A stretch of 64,000 nt of DNA from Nitrospirales bacterium (GTDB taxonomy: Bacteria > Nitrospirota > Nitrospiria > Nitrospirales > UBA8639): the NCBI GenBank assembly GCA_965203295.1, contig CBDBCZ010000009.1:256001-320000 (forward strand). The letters run 5' to 3'. Position numbers and translations under genes: made by a program. Shown in pieces: positions 11,248-23,349 of this stretch; position 1 is the first letter of the stretch, and each line of letters begins with the position of its first letter. The notes under the pieces were generated by a model. The model searched no databases. It was not told the origin of the DNA and saw nothing but the letters and a program-made list of their open reading frames with translations.

Positions 11248-12715
11248 ATGCAACTATGTACATAAGTGCATATGGAAGTGAACACTAAATTAAATCAGCC
11301 AGTACACCAGACGTGATACATACGTATGAACATACTTACATGCTTAAAATCAGTTGATACACCGGGCATGACATGGACACAGCATATGTATGTACGCCTT
11401 TGAAAGTATGTAGATATGTATATATGTACGTTCGTACCTTAAATCATTCAGTACACCAGACATTACATTAACAAAGGATACAGCCATGAAAGTGCGTACA
11501 TACATACAAGTATACCTAAAAAATCAAACATGACCTGAACAACCACAAAAGTGTATGTACAAGGATACTCAAAATCAGTCGATATACCAGACATGACAGG
11601 AATACACGCGCATAGCATATAGCCACATAAGTGATTACACACGTGCATAGTCGGTACACCAGAAATAACATATGAAGTTGCATAATTTCCACCAGTCTGT
11701 TTCATTACTTACGACTTTCCTCCTGACGGGATCCAGCTCCGCTGTGCAAGGCTTTATCTCCAAAATAGGACTTCCGTGCCAGTATTAGAGCAAGGCGTCC
11801 AGCTCCGTCAGGATTTCATACGTAGGTCACTGTTTTCAGCAGCTATCAAATCCGGTGTGGTGGGGTTTCGGCTGCACTGTGCAGTAGATGAAACATTGAA
11901 ATCAGTCGTAAGTCCAGACATGGTTGATTGGTTTGGGGTAGTGGATGGGCGTCCAGCAGAAGGTAGACACTCAGTCCGTACTCCAGACATGATGGACCGG
12001 TTAGGGGTAGTGGACGGGCCTGGAGCAATAAGTGGACTATCAGTCGGTATTCCAGATATCACTGAGAGGTTGTAGATGGGCCCGAAGCAGTAGGTACGTG
12101 TGTGGGCAATTGACCTGTCACTAAAGCACTGGCCTCAGTCTGGTTTGGACATGGGAGAATTGGATGGGTCATTGTGTACATGGGCCCTAAAACCAATACC
12201 AGATGGCTTTAGAGCAGAAAGTATCCCATTGGTTTATAGACAAAAGGTGGAATATGCTTTTGCTAAATCAGATACCTTGGTACACGATTGAGCTCCAGTT
12301 GTTAATGGGGCAGCAAAGCCCTCAGCTAGATCTCAAGGTGTTGCCCCAGTCAGTGTTCCAGACATAAGGTGTAAGTAATTTACTTTTGCCCTTAAACAAT
12401 GAAGCTGTAAAAGCGTCAGCAAAGCCCCCAGCAAAATGTCCGGATGTTTGAGGTACATAGATCTCTAGGTGCAAAATTGGATTGTCCAGCTGCTAGAAGT
12501 TGTCTTGATACAACTGCTAATGGGGAGGAGTCTACAGTGGATGTGCTGGTGGGTGGAGCAGGTTGTAATTCCTCATAATTAGACCTGGCAAGATATGAGA
12601 CCAGTCAGTGGAATTAATTTTCTGAGTTACTGGTAACAAGGGTAACCAAATAACTAGTAACTCGGGCATGTAATCCTATCTATATAGTGCCTGGGAAAAG
12701 TATTTGGAAAGCAGG

Positions 12716-12772
12716 GGTAACTGAAGGCAACTGAAGGTATTAGGTAACTGAAGGTAACTGGAGGTAACTGAA
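12716..12772. repeat. Short (GGTAACTGAA)n decamer tandem array
   Basis: About five degenerate GGTAACTGAA units. Confidence 0.75.
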
Positions 12773-13380
12773 TGTTGTTGCTTATACAATAAAATGTACA
12801 ACCTTAAATAACATTAATGACGTGCTGAAAATATTACTAAACAATCGTACTACAACGAAATGTTAGTGTGTTCAAGGCTTACACCCATTGCACACCTATG
12901 TTTGCTGGCGTCTGGCTTCCTTTGTCCTAATCCCTGCATAGAAGCCATGAAACCACTGTAGGCATACATCCCATGCAATCCAAAACAGCCTCTTGTGCTA
13001 TGGATGCCTTAGGAGGGCATGACTCAGCACCATCATCCTTCTGCTCATCTTCCTCTGTTTCGTCTTCTTTGTCTTCAGCATCTTTCATGTTGTCTTCTAT
13101 CTCCTCTAGACTTTCATTTGTATCTCCCAGAGCCATCTCTTTGATACCTGTAATCCAACCGATGATCAAATTTTTAAAAACATTTACAAGACAATCACCA
13201 GTGAATGTAGTGTCCTCAGGGAGGGACGGTATTCACGAGTGAATTATGTCACAGAGGGACAGTATACACTGGTGAATAATGTCTGGGGGAAAATATACAC
13301 TATGACGCTATTCTGTAATGCGCTCAATCAAGACTTACTTTCAACAAAGCAGTTGTACAATTGAGGGCGAAAGGCTCCTC

Positions 13381-14020
13381 TTGGCTGTCTTAGCCCCACC
13401 CCCACATAGATCAACGATTACTTCACCAGATCAAACTTCTTGCTATCACCGCAGGCTTTGTCTATGCCATAGGGAAGGTGCGAGAGTGTGTTCCTTTCCA
13501 TGAAGTAAGCATTGGAGCCCTTGGATCTTCCTTAATGGCAAAGTTTGTTGCCACTAAAGGCACAAATTGAGGAAGAAAGGCTCCTCATACACCTCTTTCA
13601 GGACTTCCAGACAGATAAGGCAGATTGGCTATCTTAGCCCCGCCCCACATAGATCAATAATTACTTAATTCACCAGATCAAACTTCTTGCTATCACCGCA
13701 GGCTTTGTCTATGCCATAGGGAAGGTGCGAGAGTGTGTTTCTTTTCATGAAGTAACGTAAGCATTGGAGTCCTTGGATCTTCCTTAATGGCAAAGTTTGT
13801 TGCCACTAAAGGCACAAATTGAGGAAGAAAGGCTCCTCATACACCTCTTTCAGGACTTCCAGACAGATAAGGCAGATTGGCTATCTTAGCCACGCGCCTG
13901 TATAGATCAATGATTAGTTTCATCAGTTCAAACGTTTTGCTATCACCACAGGCTTTATCAATGCCATAGGGAATGCATGAGAGTGTGTTTCTTTCCATGA
14001 AGTAAGCATTGGAGTCTTCC
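13381..14020. repeat. About 250-bp tandem triplication inside a decayed ORF
   Basis: Units start ttggct(g/a)tcttagcc at about 13381, 13626 and 13878. Each contains ttgctatcacc(g/a)caggcttt..atgccataggga. Confidence 0.85.
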
Positions 14021-14210
14021 ACATAGAACGAGTCCTTGGCCATCCCGAGTACGCTAAGTCCAGCTTTGATAAAGTAGATTTCCCAGTTTCAGTTGGACCG
14101 ATTGCAGGGACAATGGGGAATCCTCCAAAGAGATGTGCAATCTTGGCATATTGACATGACATGACATTACAGCCCCTCCAAGAAGGAGCAGGGCACTCAT
14201 GCACATACAT
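13837..14210 (-). pseudogene. Decayed P-loop NTPase fragment of unknown mobile-element origin
   Basis: FGGFPIVPAIGPTETGKST (Walker A GxxxxGKS). After a frameshift comes ...IPYGIDK (possible Walker B remnant). Confidence 0.45.
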
Positions 14211-15713
14211 AGGGTGTTTGAGACCTGATCTTGAGCAAATTCTTTAGGGTGGGAGTGTTAGCTTGGAGGTGTACAAGAGAAGTACATGTACGTATATTAG
14301 ACGCTAATCATCAAAGCACTACCCAATTGTTGTTGCATGTACGTAGCGTAAATTAAGATAGCTTGATCCAGCACTACGAGCGATCAAAGGGTTGCTGTAT
14401 ACTTGCCTTTATCAAGGTGCCTTGCGGTCCATGATAACTGACTCTACATCAAGAAATTCCTAGGGAGTGTTCCATTACAGGATTGGCTAGGCTTTCATGA
14501 GGAATTGGTAGTTAATGAGATGATAATGACCAGGCATGTGCTTCTTTGTACATTTACAGCAGTGCTCTCTGAATGGTCAAGCCAGGCAATGCTAGAGTGG
14601 ATCACTGGTTTAGGAATCTGCTGCCAGTGTTTCATAAAATAGCAGTACATGCGGAATCATCAGAAAGCAAGCATGGCTTCTTCATGGTTCCTTATTACAG
14701 TCCCACTTTGGGACATAAGCTGGAGGGGGAGGGTAGGGGGATGTGCACTCTCCAACCTTGAAGTAAACCAGTGGACTTCTGGGGGTAGTCAGATAGTGGT
14801 GTTTTACACACTCTAAACATTTATACCGTGCTCTCTGAATTTAGCTTTTCCTATTAGTCACATTAACTACTGCACTACTTCAGTTTCTGTTTTCGGAGAG
14901 TTTCCATTCTCCTCTTCTCTTCTTACTACACCTCTCCTTCATATGTATGGGGTGTTTGAGGCTTAGCCTAGTGCTAGTGATTGCAGAAAGGGAGTAGGTG
15001 AATTCTTTAGGGGAGAAGGATTACCATTGTACAGGTTCCATTGGCTTTTTTTGGGAGAAGCTTACCGCATTTCTGTTTTGAGTCTAATATCAAGAAATTC
15101 CTAGGGAATGTCCCATTACAGGATTGGCTAGGCTTTCATGAGGAATTGGTAGTTAATGAGATGATAATGACCAGGCATGTGTTTCTTTGCTGCATTTACA
15201 GCAGTGTTCTCTGAACGGTCAAGCCAGGCAATCCTAGAGTGGATTACTCCCTGAAGCTGGTTTAGGAGTCTTCTGCCAGTGGTTTGTAGAATAGCAACAT
15301 GCATGTGGAATCATCAGAGGAGCAAACATGGCGTCTCATGGGTCTGTTTTGTAGCCCCACATTGGGACATAAGCTGAGGGCTTTGATGACTAGCACTCTC
15401 CGACCTTGAGATGAACTGGTGGACTTGAGGAGGGAGTCAGATAGTAGTGTTATACACACTAAACGTTGTGCCATGCTTTCTGAACTTTGTTTTTTCCAAT
15501 TAGTCACATTAATTGCCGTACCTTCAGTTTCTGTTTTCGGAGAGTTTCCATTCTTCTCTTCTCACTACTCCTCTCCTTCATATGCATGGGGTGTTTGAGG
15601 CTTGGTCTAGTGCTAGTGATTGCAGAAAGGGAGTAGGTGAATTCTTTGGGGTATTGTTGTACAGGTTCCTTTGGCTTTCTTTGAGGAAGCTCATAACTTC
15701 TCATTAATGTTGC

Positions 15714-16481
15714 TTGCTGCGCTCGCTCTGTACAGATAGAGATTAAAGATGTGATCTGCATGTAATTTGTTGATTTTTAGGGTAAATTTAGCTATCCCGG
15801 CCTGAAGCACGTAGAGCCAGTGCTACGGAGACTACAATCAACTGTAAAACAATATAGGCACGCTAGGACTATAGCCTAGCTCTTCACAGCCATAGCCTAG
15901 CGTCCATGAAAGTGAATGGCACTGAATCCATTTAAAGTAGATCAGCATGGCTACTTGCATGCTCATACTGGTACATAATTAATCACTGTTACAGTAGTAA
16001 GCACGAAAGGTTCAATGTATAAATGTGCACGTGCACACCACATGCCAGCCAGAGGCAGGGACTCAGAGAAGAGACTACAAACAGCTGCTAGACCACACAG
16101 GCAAGCTAGCACTGTAGCCTAGCTTTCATAGGCTGCATGTAGTCGAATTGTACCGACTCCATTTAATGCACATCGACGTGGTTAGCCTAGCATAGCATAG
16201 CAGTTATATCTCTTGGCTTTTACTTACAGGATTATACCGCAACTAACCTTGTGATAAGGTGCCTGACATCGCGAGACTATGTCTTGTAGTCGCTGGAAAG
16301 AGTTAGCTCTTCTCGCACTTAGTATACAGACACGTGGTACTTTGACTTTGACCTGTGACTGTGGTCACGGGTGAAAGTTCATCCAGGAGCGTGCGCATGC
16401 GGCTTCCGTTTCCGTTTTTCACACATACGCACGGACAGACGGACGAACAAACACACAGACACAACCAGGCGTAATAATAGA
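15714..16481 (-). mobile_element. Helitron-like non-autonomous element, 3'-truncated, inserted in the array
   Basis: The minus strand begins A|TCTATTATTACGCCTGGTTGTGTC followed by a GTCY-type microsatellite. The same 5' end occurs on + at 33682. Paralogous units (about 18170-18235 and 24025-24090) lack the insert. Confidence 0.65.
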
Positions 16482-19400
16482 TGTGCAAGCTATGGGGAAA
16501 TCAATACAGGCGGCAAACCATCTCTGTGTGAAGATTCATCCTTTCCATTTATGTGCTTTAAAACCCGGCGACACACAAATCTCTATTAGTAGTATTCTTT
16601 TACTGACCACTTCATGTATTGACAATTTCTTGTACGTAGAACGTAACTGAAGTGCAAGTTCTGATCATGTTAGAGTGCCACAAAGTTTAATATCCATTAC
16701 TATAGTAATTGTATTGACAGTATAATTGAAGCCACAAGTGGAAACTGGTTATAGTACACGAAGTGCTAGTCAACATTCCACAGTCTACATACATACATTA
16801 TGCTTTTGGTAGAAGTAGTATAGTAGTGCCATGTATGGGAAAGTATTGAAGCTGTAAAAGCGCTGTTATGGGGAATGGATATTACGTAATTTGCAGATGT
16901 TATCTGACTGTAGGTAGATCTCAGCTGATTCCATAGTTTACTTCCGGGAATGTCTAAGGCAGCAGGGTCTGCCTCCAGGAGGAAGGCCAGATGTTGGAGT
17001 ACGCTAACTGCTTCAAGTTCTATGCAGGTGCACACCATTCCGAGCAATTCCCTCCAATTAGTAGCTGCTAGGCTTTGCACGGATGGATCTATGTAAGTCA
17101 AGTAGTCAAGAATCTTTGACAATACAAATGGTTCTATCGACAGGTTGGGAGTGGGTTCGAGAATAAGCTCGTCCTGAGCACATACATGGCGGTCTGTGAG
17201 CAGTTTCTTTAGGCCCGGCACCTTCAGGAAGGCCAGCTTGTTGGTACATAAACTTCGAGAAGCCACCTTGATAACGATAGGCTCAAACTGAAGAGCAATA
17301 AATAAGCTTATAGTGTTTGCATCTACAGCACTGGAAGTGCAGTTATGTCAGACTGTACATAATTACTGAGAACTGTTGGCAACTAAAGCCTCTAGCAAAC
17401 TTGTTACTTCGGATTCAGTACTACTTAGGCCTTAGTATGTAAATTTTACCTTTTCAATGGCAATTGTACTGTCCATGGCTACACATCCAACATCAGGCTC
17501 TGACATGACAACAGCTCAGTACATTGCAGCTCTGTTTCTCAAACGCGTGCCTGTTTGGAATTTCCCATTACATGCTTCATGAAGAGTCTGTAAATCATGA
17601 GAGGATAATGGCCAGACATGTGGCAACTGCTTCTGTGTGCATTTACAGCAGTGCTACGGTCAAGGCAGGCAATCCTAGAGTGGATTACTCCCTGATGCTG
17701 GTTTAGGAGTCTTTTTGCCAGTGTTTTGTAGAATAGCTACGTACATGTGGAATCATCAGAAGAGCAAACACGACTTGTTCCTTTTGCAGCCCCACATTGG
17801 GACATGAGGTGAGGGGTTTGTTGACTAGCACTCTCCGACCTTGAGATGAACTGGTGGACTTGAGGAGGGAGTCAGATAGCAGTGTTATACACACTAAACA
17901 TTGTACCATGCTTTCTGAACTTTGTTTTTCCAATTAGTCACATTAATTGCCGTACCTTCGGTTTCTGTTTTCGGAGAGTTTCCATTCTCTTCTTCTCTTC
18001 TTACCACTGTAACACCTCTCCCTCATATATATGTATGGGGTGTTTGAGGCTTAGCCTAGTGCTAGTGCTAGTGCTAGTGGTTGCAGATAGGGAGTAGGTG
18101 AATTCTTTGGGATATCGCTGTTGTACAGGTTCCTTTGGCTTTCTTTGAGGGAAGCTCATAACTTCATTAATGTTGCATTTGGATAACAAGAGGAAGCCAC
18201 CTCTGTAAATGCATACATGTGTATGTGCAAGCTGTGGGGAAACCAATACAGGCGGCAAACCATCTCTGTAATTACATACATAAAAATGTGCAAGCAATAG
18301 GTAATGAAAACAGGAAGCAAAACCTCTCTGCGTGATTTAACTTTTCTTTACAGGAAAGAGAAGGCTGAGAATAGCAAAACAAAGACAGACCAGCAAGTAC
18401 ACCATAATGCAGTGCTTAGAATGGGAGTATCCCAGTATAACATAAGTGCACCAATGATTACCTATTGTGCCCTTCAACAATTTCAGCTTCAGATTGTAGC
18501 CACAAATACCTCTCTTCTTATGCTGTATCACCACATTCAAACAGTGGGACGCTTAGATGGCGGAGGGAGGGGGCATTCTCCAGTTCCCTTTACGCAAAGC
18601 ACAGTGTGAAGATTCATCCTTTCCATTTATGTGCTTTAAAACCTGGCAACACACAAATCTCTATTAGTAGTATTCTTTTACTGACCACTTCATGTATTGA
18701 CAATTTCTTGTGCGTGTATAAGTGAGCAGTTCAATTGTGTGACCAGCTTTTGACAGCAACTATGTCAGAGAAATGCAGCCATGTGTGTGCATTTAATGCC
18801 AATATTTCCGTCATCCATCACACAAAGGAGCAGTATGTCACAATGTTGTACTTATGCCCAACAAAGCATGCACCTCCTTATTCGAACAATAGATTACATG
18901 TAACGCTACATTCTCACTTTAAACAAAATCTTTCGTTGCTACAGTGGCTAAACGCACGCTCACCAACTGAGGACTGGGGGTGGAAGCAACGCTACGTAGA
19001 TCTGATAGCTCCTCCACAGACATGGCCTACCCTAATATGGCGGAAACTGGAGGACAGAATGGTGGTAACATAGCACCTAAAACGAGCCAAGAAAAACAAG
19101 ATGTTAAACTTAACCCCATAGTATAAACACACACTAACTAACCAAACACACATCAGAACCAGTTGCCAGTGGTGCGTGCTCATCAGGTGGGGTTGATGCA
19201 GTGCTGCGAAGGTCCAACGATCCCACTGAAGTGGTGGCAGGTACTGATGAGGCGGAAACCTGGAGAAAAAAAAAGACTGAAAGTAGAGGTGGAATGTATT
19301 CAGAACAGCAAGCTGTACGTCTGATCTTGCAGCCACATATGCTAATTTTTGAGAGGATAATGGCCAGACATGTGGCAACTGCTTCTGTGTGCATTTACAG

Positions 19401-22400
19401 CAGTGCTACGGTCAAGGCAGGCAATCCTAGAGTGGATTACTCCCTGATGCTGGTTTAGGAGTCTTTTTGCCAGTGTTTTGTAGAATAGCTACGTACATCA
19501 GAAGAGCAAACACAGCTTGTTCCTTTTGCAGCCCCACTTTGGGACATAAGCTGAGGGGCTTGTTGACTAGCACTCTCCGACCTTGAAATGAACTGGTGGA
19601 CTTGAGGAGGGAGTCAGATAGCAGTGTTATACACACTAAACACTGTACCATGCTTTCTGAACTTTGTTTTTCCAATTAGTCACATTAATTGCCGTACCTT
19701 CGGTTTCTGTTTTCGGAGAGTTTCCATTCTTCTCTTCTCTTCTTACTACACCTCTCCCTCATATATGGGGTGTTTGAGGCTCAGCCTAGTGCTAGTGCTA
19801 GTGCTAGTGGTTGCAGATAGGGAGTAGGTGAATTCTTTGGGAGAGGAGGATTTAGTATCGTATAGGTTCCTTTGACTTTTTTTTGCAGAGACCTTATCTG
19901 GCATTTTCTGTTCTTAGTCTAACTTCAAGAATTTCCCAGGGAGTGCCCCATTGCAGGCTTTCATGAGGAATCCAGAAACCATGAGAGCACAATGGCCAGC
20001 CTTGGACGTCTTGGCTGCATTTACAGCAGTGTTCTCTTAACGGTCAAGGCAGGCAATCTTACTCCATGAAGCTGGTTTAGGAGTCTTCTGCCAGTGTTTT
20101 GTTACATAGCAGTACATGTGGAAGCAAACATGGCTTCTTCATGGTTCCTTATTGCAGTGGACATAAGCTGAGGGGGATTATGGGGTTTGTTGACTAGCAC
20201 TCTCCAACCTTGAAATGAACTGGTGGACTTGAGGAGGGAGTCAGATAGCAGTGTTATACACACTAAACATTGTACCATGCTTTCTGAACTTTGTTTTTCC
20301 AATTAGTCACAATAATTGCCGTACCTTCAGTTTTTGTTTTCGGAGAGTTTCCATTCTTCTCTTCTCTTCTTACTACACCTCTCCTTCATATGCAGTGTTT
20401 GAGGCTTAGCCTAGTGCTAGTGTTAGTGCTAGTGGTTGCAGATGGGGAGTACAGTAGGTGAATTCTTTGGGAGAGGAGGATTTAGTATCGTACAGGTTCC
20501 TTTGACTTTTTTTTGTGGAGACCTTATCTGGCATTTTCTGTTCTGAGTCTAACTTCAAGAATTTCCCAGGGAGTGCCCCATTGCATGCTTTCATGAGGAA
20601 TCCGGAAACCATGAGAGCACAATGGCCAGCCTTGGACGTCTTGGCTGCATTTACAGCAGTGCTCTCTTAACGGTCAAGGCAGGCAATCTTACTCCATGAA
20701 GCTGGTTTAGGAGTCTTCTGCCAGTGTTTTGTTACATAGCAGTTCATGTGGAAGCAAACATGGCTTCTTCATGGTTCCTTATTGCAGTGGACATAAGCTG
20801 AGGGGGATTATGGGGTTTGTTGACTAGCACTCTCCAACCTTGAGATAAACTGGAGGACTTGAAGAGGGAGTCAGATATCAGTGTTGTACACACTAACCAC
20901 TGTTCCATGCTTTCTGAACTTTGTTTTTCCGATTAGTCTCATTAATTGCCGTACCTTCGGTTTCTGTTTTCGGAGAGTTTCCATTCTTCTCTTCTCTTCT
21001 CTTCTTACTACACCTCTCCTTCATATGGGGTGTTTGAGGCTTAGCCTAGTGCTAGTAGTTGCAGATAGGGAGTAGGTGAATTCTTTGGGGGTGGATAATT
21101 ACAGGTTCCTTTGGCTTTCTTTGGGGAAGTTTATCTCACTCATTTACTGTGCTGAGTCTAGCTTCATTAATGTTGTGAATTTATCAGGAGGCAAATCATC
21201 TTTGTAAATGCATACATAAAAATGTGCAAGCAATAGGTAGTAAAAACAGGAAGCAAAACTCTGTGCGTGATACGTCTACTCAACCTGGAAAACCCATACT
21301 TTCTTGTTTTTACATCTGGCAATGGGACCACCACATTTGCTGCTTACCAAGGAATAATTTGCGGAGGTGGTGGAGGCGGCAGCTGAGAAATGGGGTCCAT
21401 TTTCAAAGGCCTAAATGTTGGTGGCATGTCCTTGAAGTTAACTTCTCTGGTCGGATCTTCTACAGCAAAGAGAAGGCTGAGAGTAGGAATAACAAAAGTC
21501 GGACCAGCAAATACATTACAATGTAGTTTTAGAATGGGAGTATCCCAGTATAACATACGTAAGTGCACCAATGGTCAACTCTTGTGCCCTTCAACAGTTT
21601 CAGTGTCAGAGAGGAGCCACAAATACATCTCTCCTTTCACTGTAGCACCACATTCAAGCAGGGGGACGCTTAGATGGCGGAGGGAGGGGGGCATTCTCCA
21701 GTTCCCTTTACGCAAAGCACAGTGTGAAGATTCATCTTTTCCATTTGTGACATTGCTTTAAAACCCTCCGAAATCACTATTAGTAGTATTCTTTCACTAA
21801 GCACTTCATGTATTGACAATTTCTTGTACATAGAACTTACCTAATGTGCAAGTTCTGATCATGTTAGTGCCACAAAGTGTAATATCCTTTACTATAGTAA
21901 TTCCATAAGTGGAAACTGGTTATAGTACACGAAGTGCTAGTCAACATTCCACAGTCTACATGCCTACATTATGCTTTTGGTAGAAGTAGTATAGTAGTAC
22001 CATGTATGGCAAAGTATTGAAGCTGTAAAAGCACTGTTACGGGTAATGGATATTGATGTTACCTGACAATAGATTGCAGCCAATTTCGTAGTTTATCTCT
22101 GGGAATGTCAACGGCTACAGGGTCTACCTCCAGGAGGACGGCCAGATCTTGGAGTACTCTAACTGCTTCAAGTACAAAGCAAGTGTACACCATCAAACAA
22201 TTCCCTCCAATTAGTAGTTGCTAGGCTTTGCACCGATGGATCTATGTAAGTCAAGTAGTCAAGAATCTTTGGCAATACAAATGGTTCCATCGATAAGTCA
22301 GGAGTGGGTTCAAGAATAAGCTCGTCCTAAGCACATACACGGTGGTCTACGAGCAGTTTCTTTAGGCCCGGTACCTTTAGGAAGGCCAGCCTGTTGGTGC

Positions 22401-22806
22401 ATAAACTTCGAGAACCCACCTTGATAACGATAGGCTCAAACTGAAGAGCAATAAATATGCTTGCAGTGTTTGCATCTACTGCACTGAAAGTGCAGCAGTT
22501 ATATCAGACTGTACCTAATTACTGAGAACTGTTGGCAACTAAACGTCTCCAGCAAACTTGAATGAACGTATCTTCGGATTCAGTACTACTCAGGCCTGTG
22601 TATGTAAATTTTTTCCTTTTCAATGGCGATTTGAACTGTCTATGGCTACACATCCAACCAACATCAGGCTCTGACATGACGACAGCACAGTACATTCAGC
22701 TCTAATTCTCCAACACGTGCCTGTTTATAGAGTTTTCCATTACAGCCTTTCATGAGGAGTTTGTAAATGATCATTTACAGCAATGCTACGGTTGTTTTTC
22801 CAATTA

Positions 22807-23349
22807 CCGTAGACTCGGGTTATCAAGCGCATGCGCTAGTGGGGACAATAGCAAAAATATATGCGCTACATAATGAAGTGCGCCACATAGCGAGGGTTAA
22901 AGGTTGACCACGCCTAGTTTTTCATGGCGTCATCGCGGCAAAGTTACGGTAGCTAGCCATGCTGTTACCGGTAGCAGATTACCAACTACCGATATGGGAT
23001 CGCAGTTTATCAAAGCGGTCGGTGATGTAACTCGGCAGAGAGCGGTTGGAGATGAAAAGCAGCAGAGAGCGGTCTGAGATGAGAGCGTGCTCGAATGAGG
23101 ATCGGTGCATGTTTGCTCCCTCTATAGGCCTTTGACCTAGCTAGCTAGCAACTTGATGACTTGGCAGTTGCAATGTGATCCCTAGAAAGTTATCCTCTCA
23201 CTTAGCTAGCTGCTAGCAGTCTCCGTTCGATTTTATGTGCAGTTGCTCCACTCCATATTACGTTTAATTGGAACATGCGCCTCTTAACGAGGTTTTTGCG
23301 GCGTATGTGCGCTACATAACGAAGTGCGCCTGATAACCCGAGTCTACGG
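22807..23349. mobile_element. MITE (pogo/Tc1-mariner type) with TA target duplication
   Basis: TA-CCGTAGACTCGGGTTATCA ... TGATAACCCGAGTCTACGG-TA. The empty site tttccaatTAgtcacattaattgccgca is present in the paralogous unit at about 28121-28148. Confidence 0.92.
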
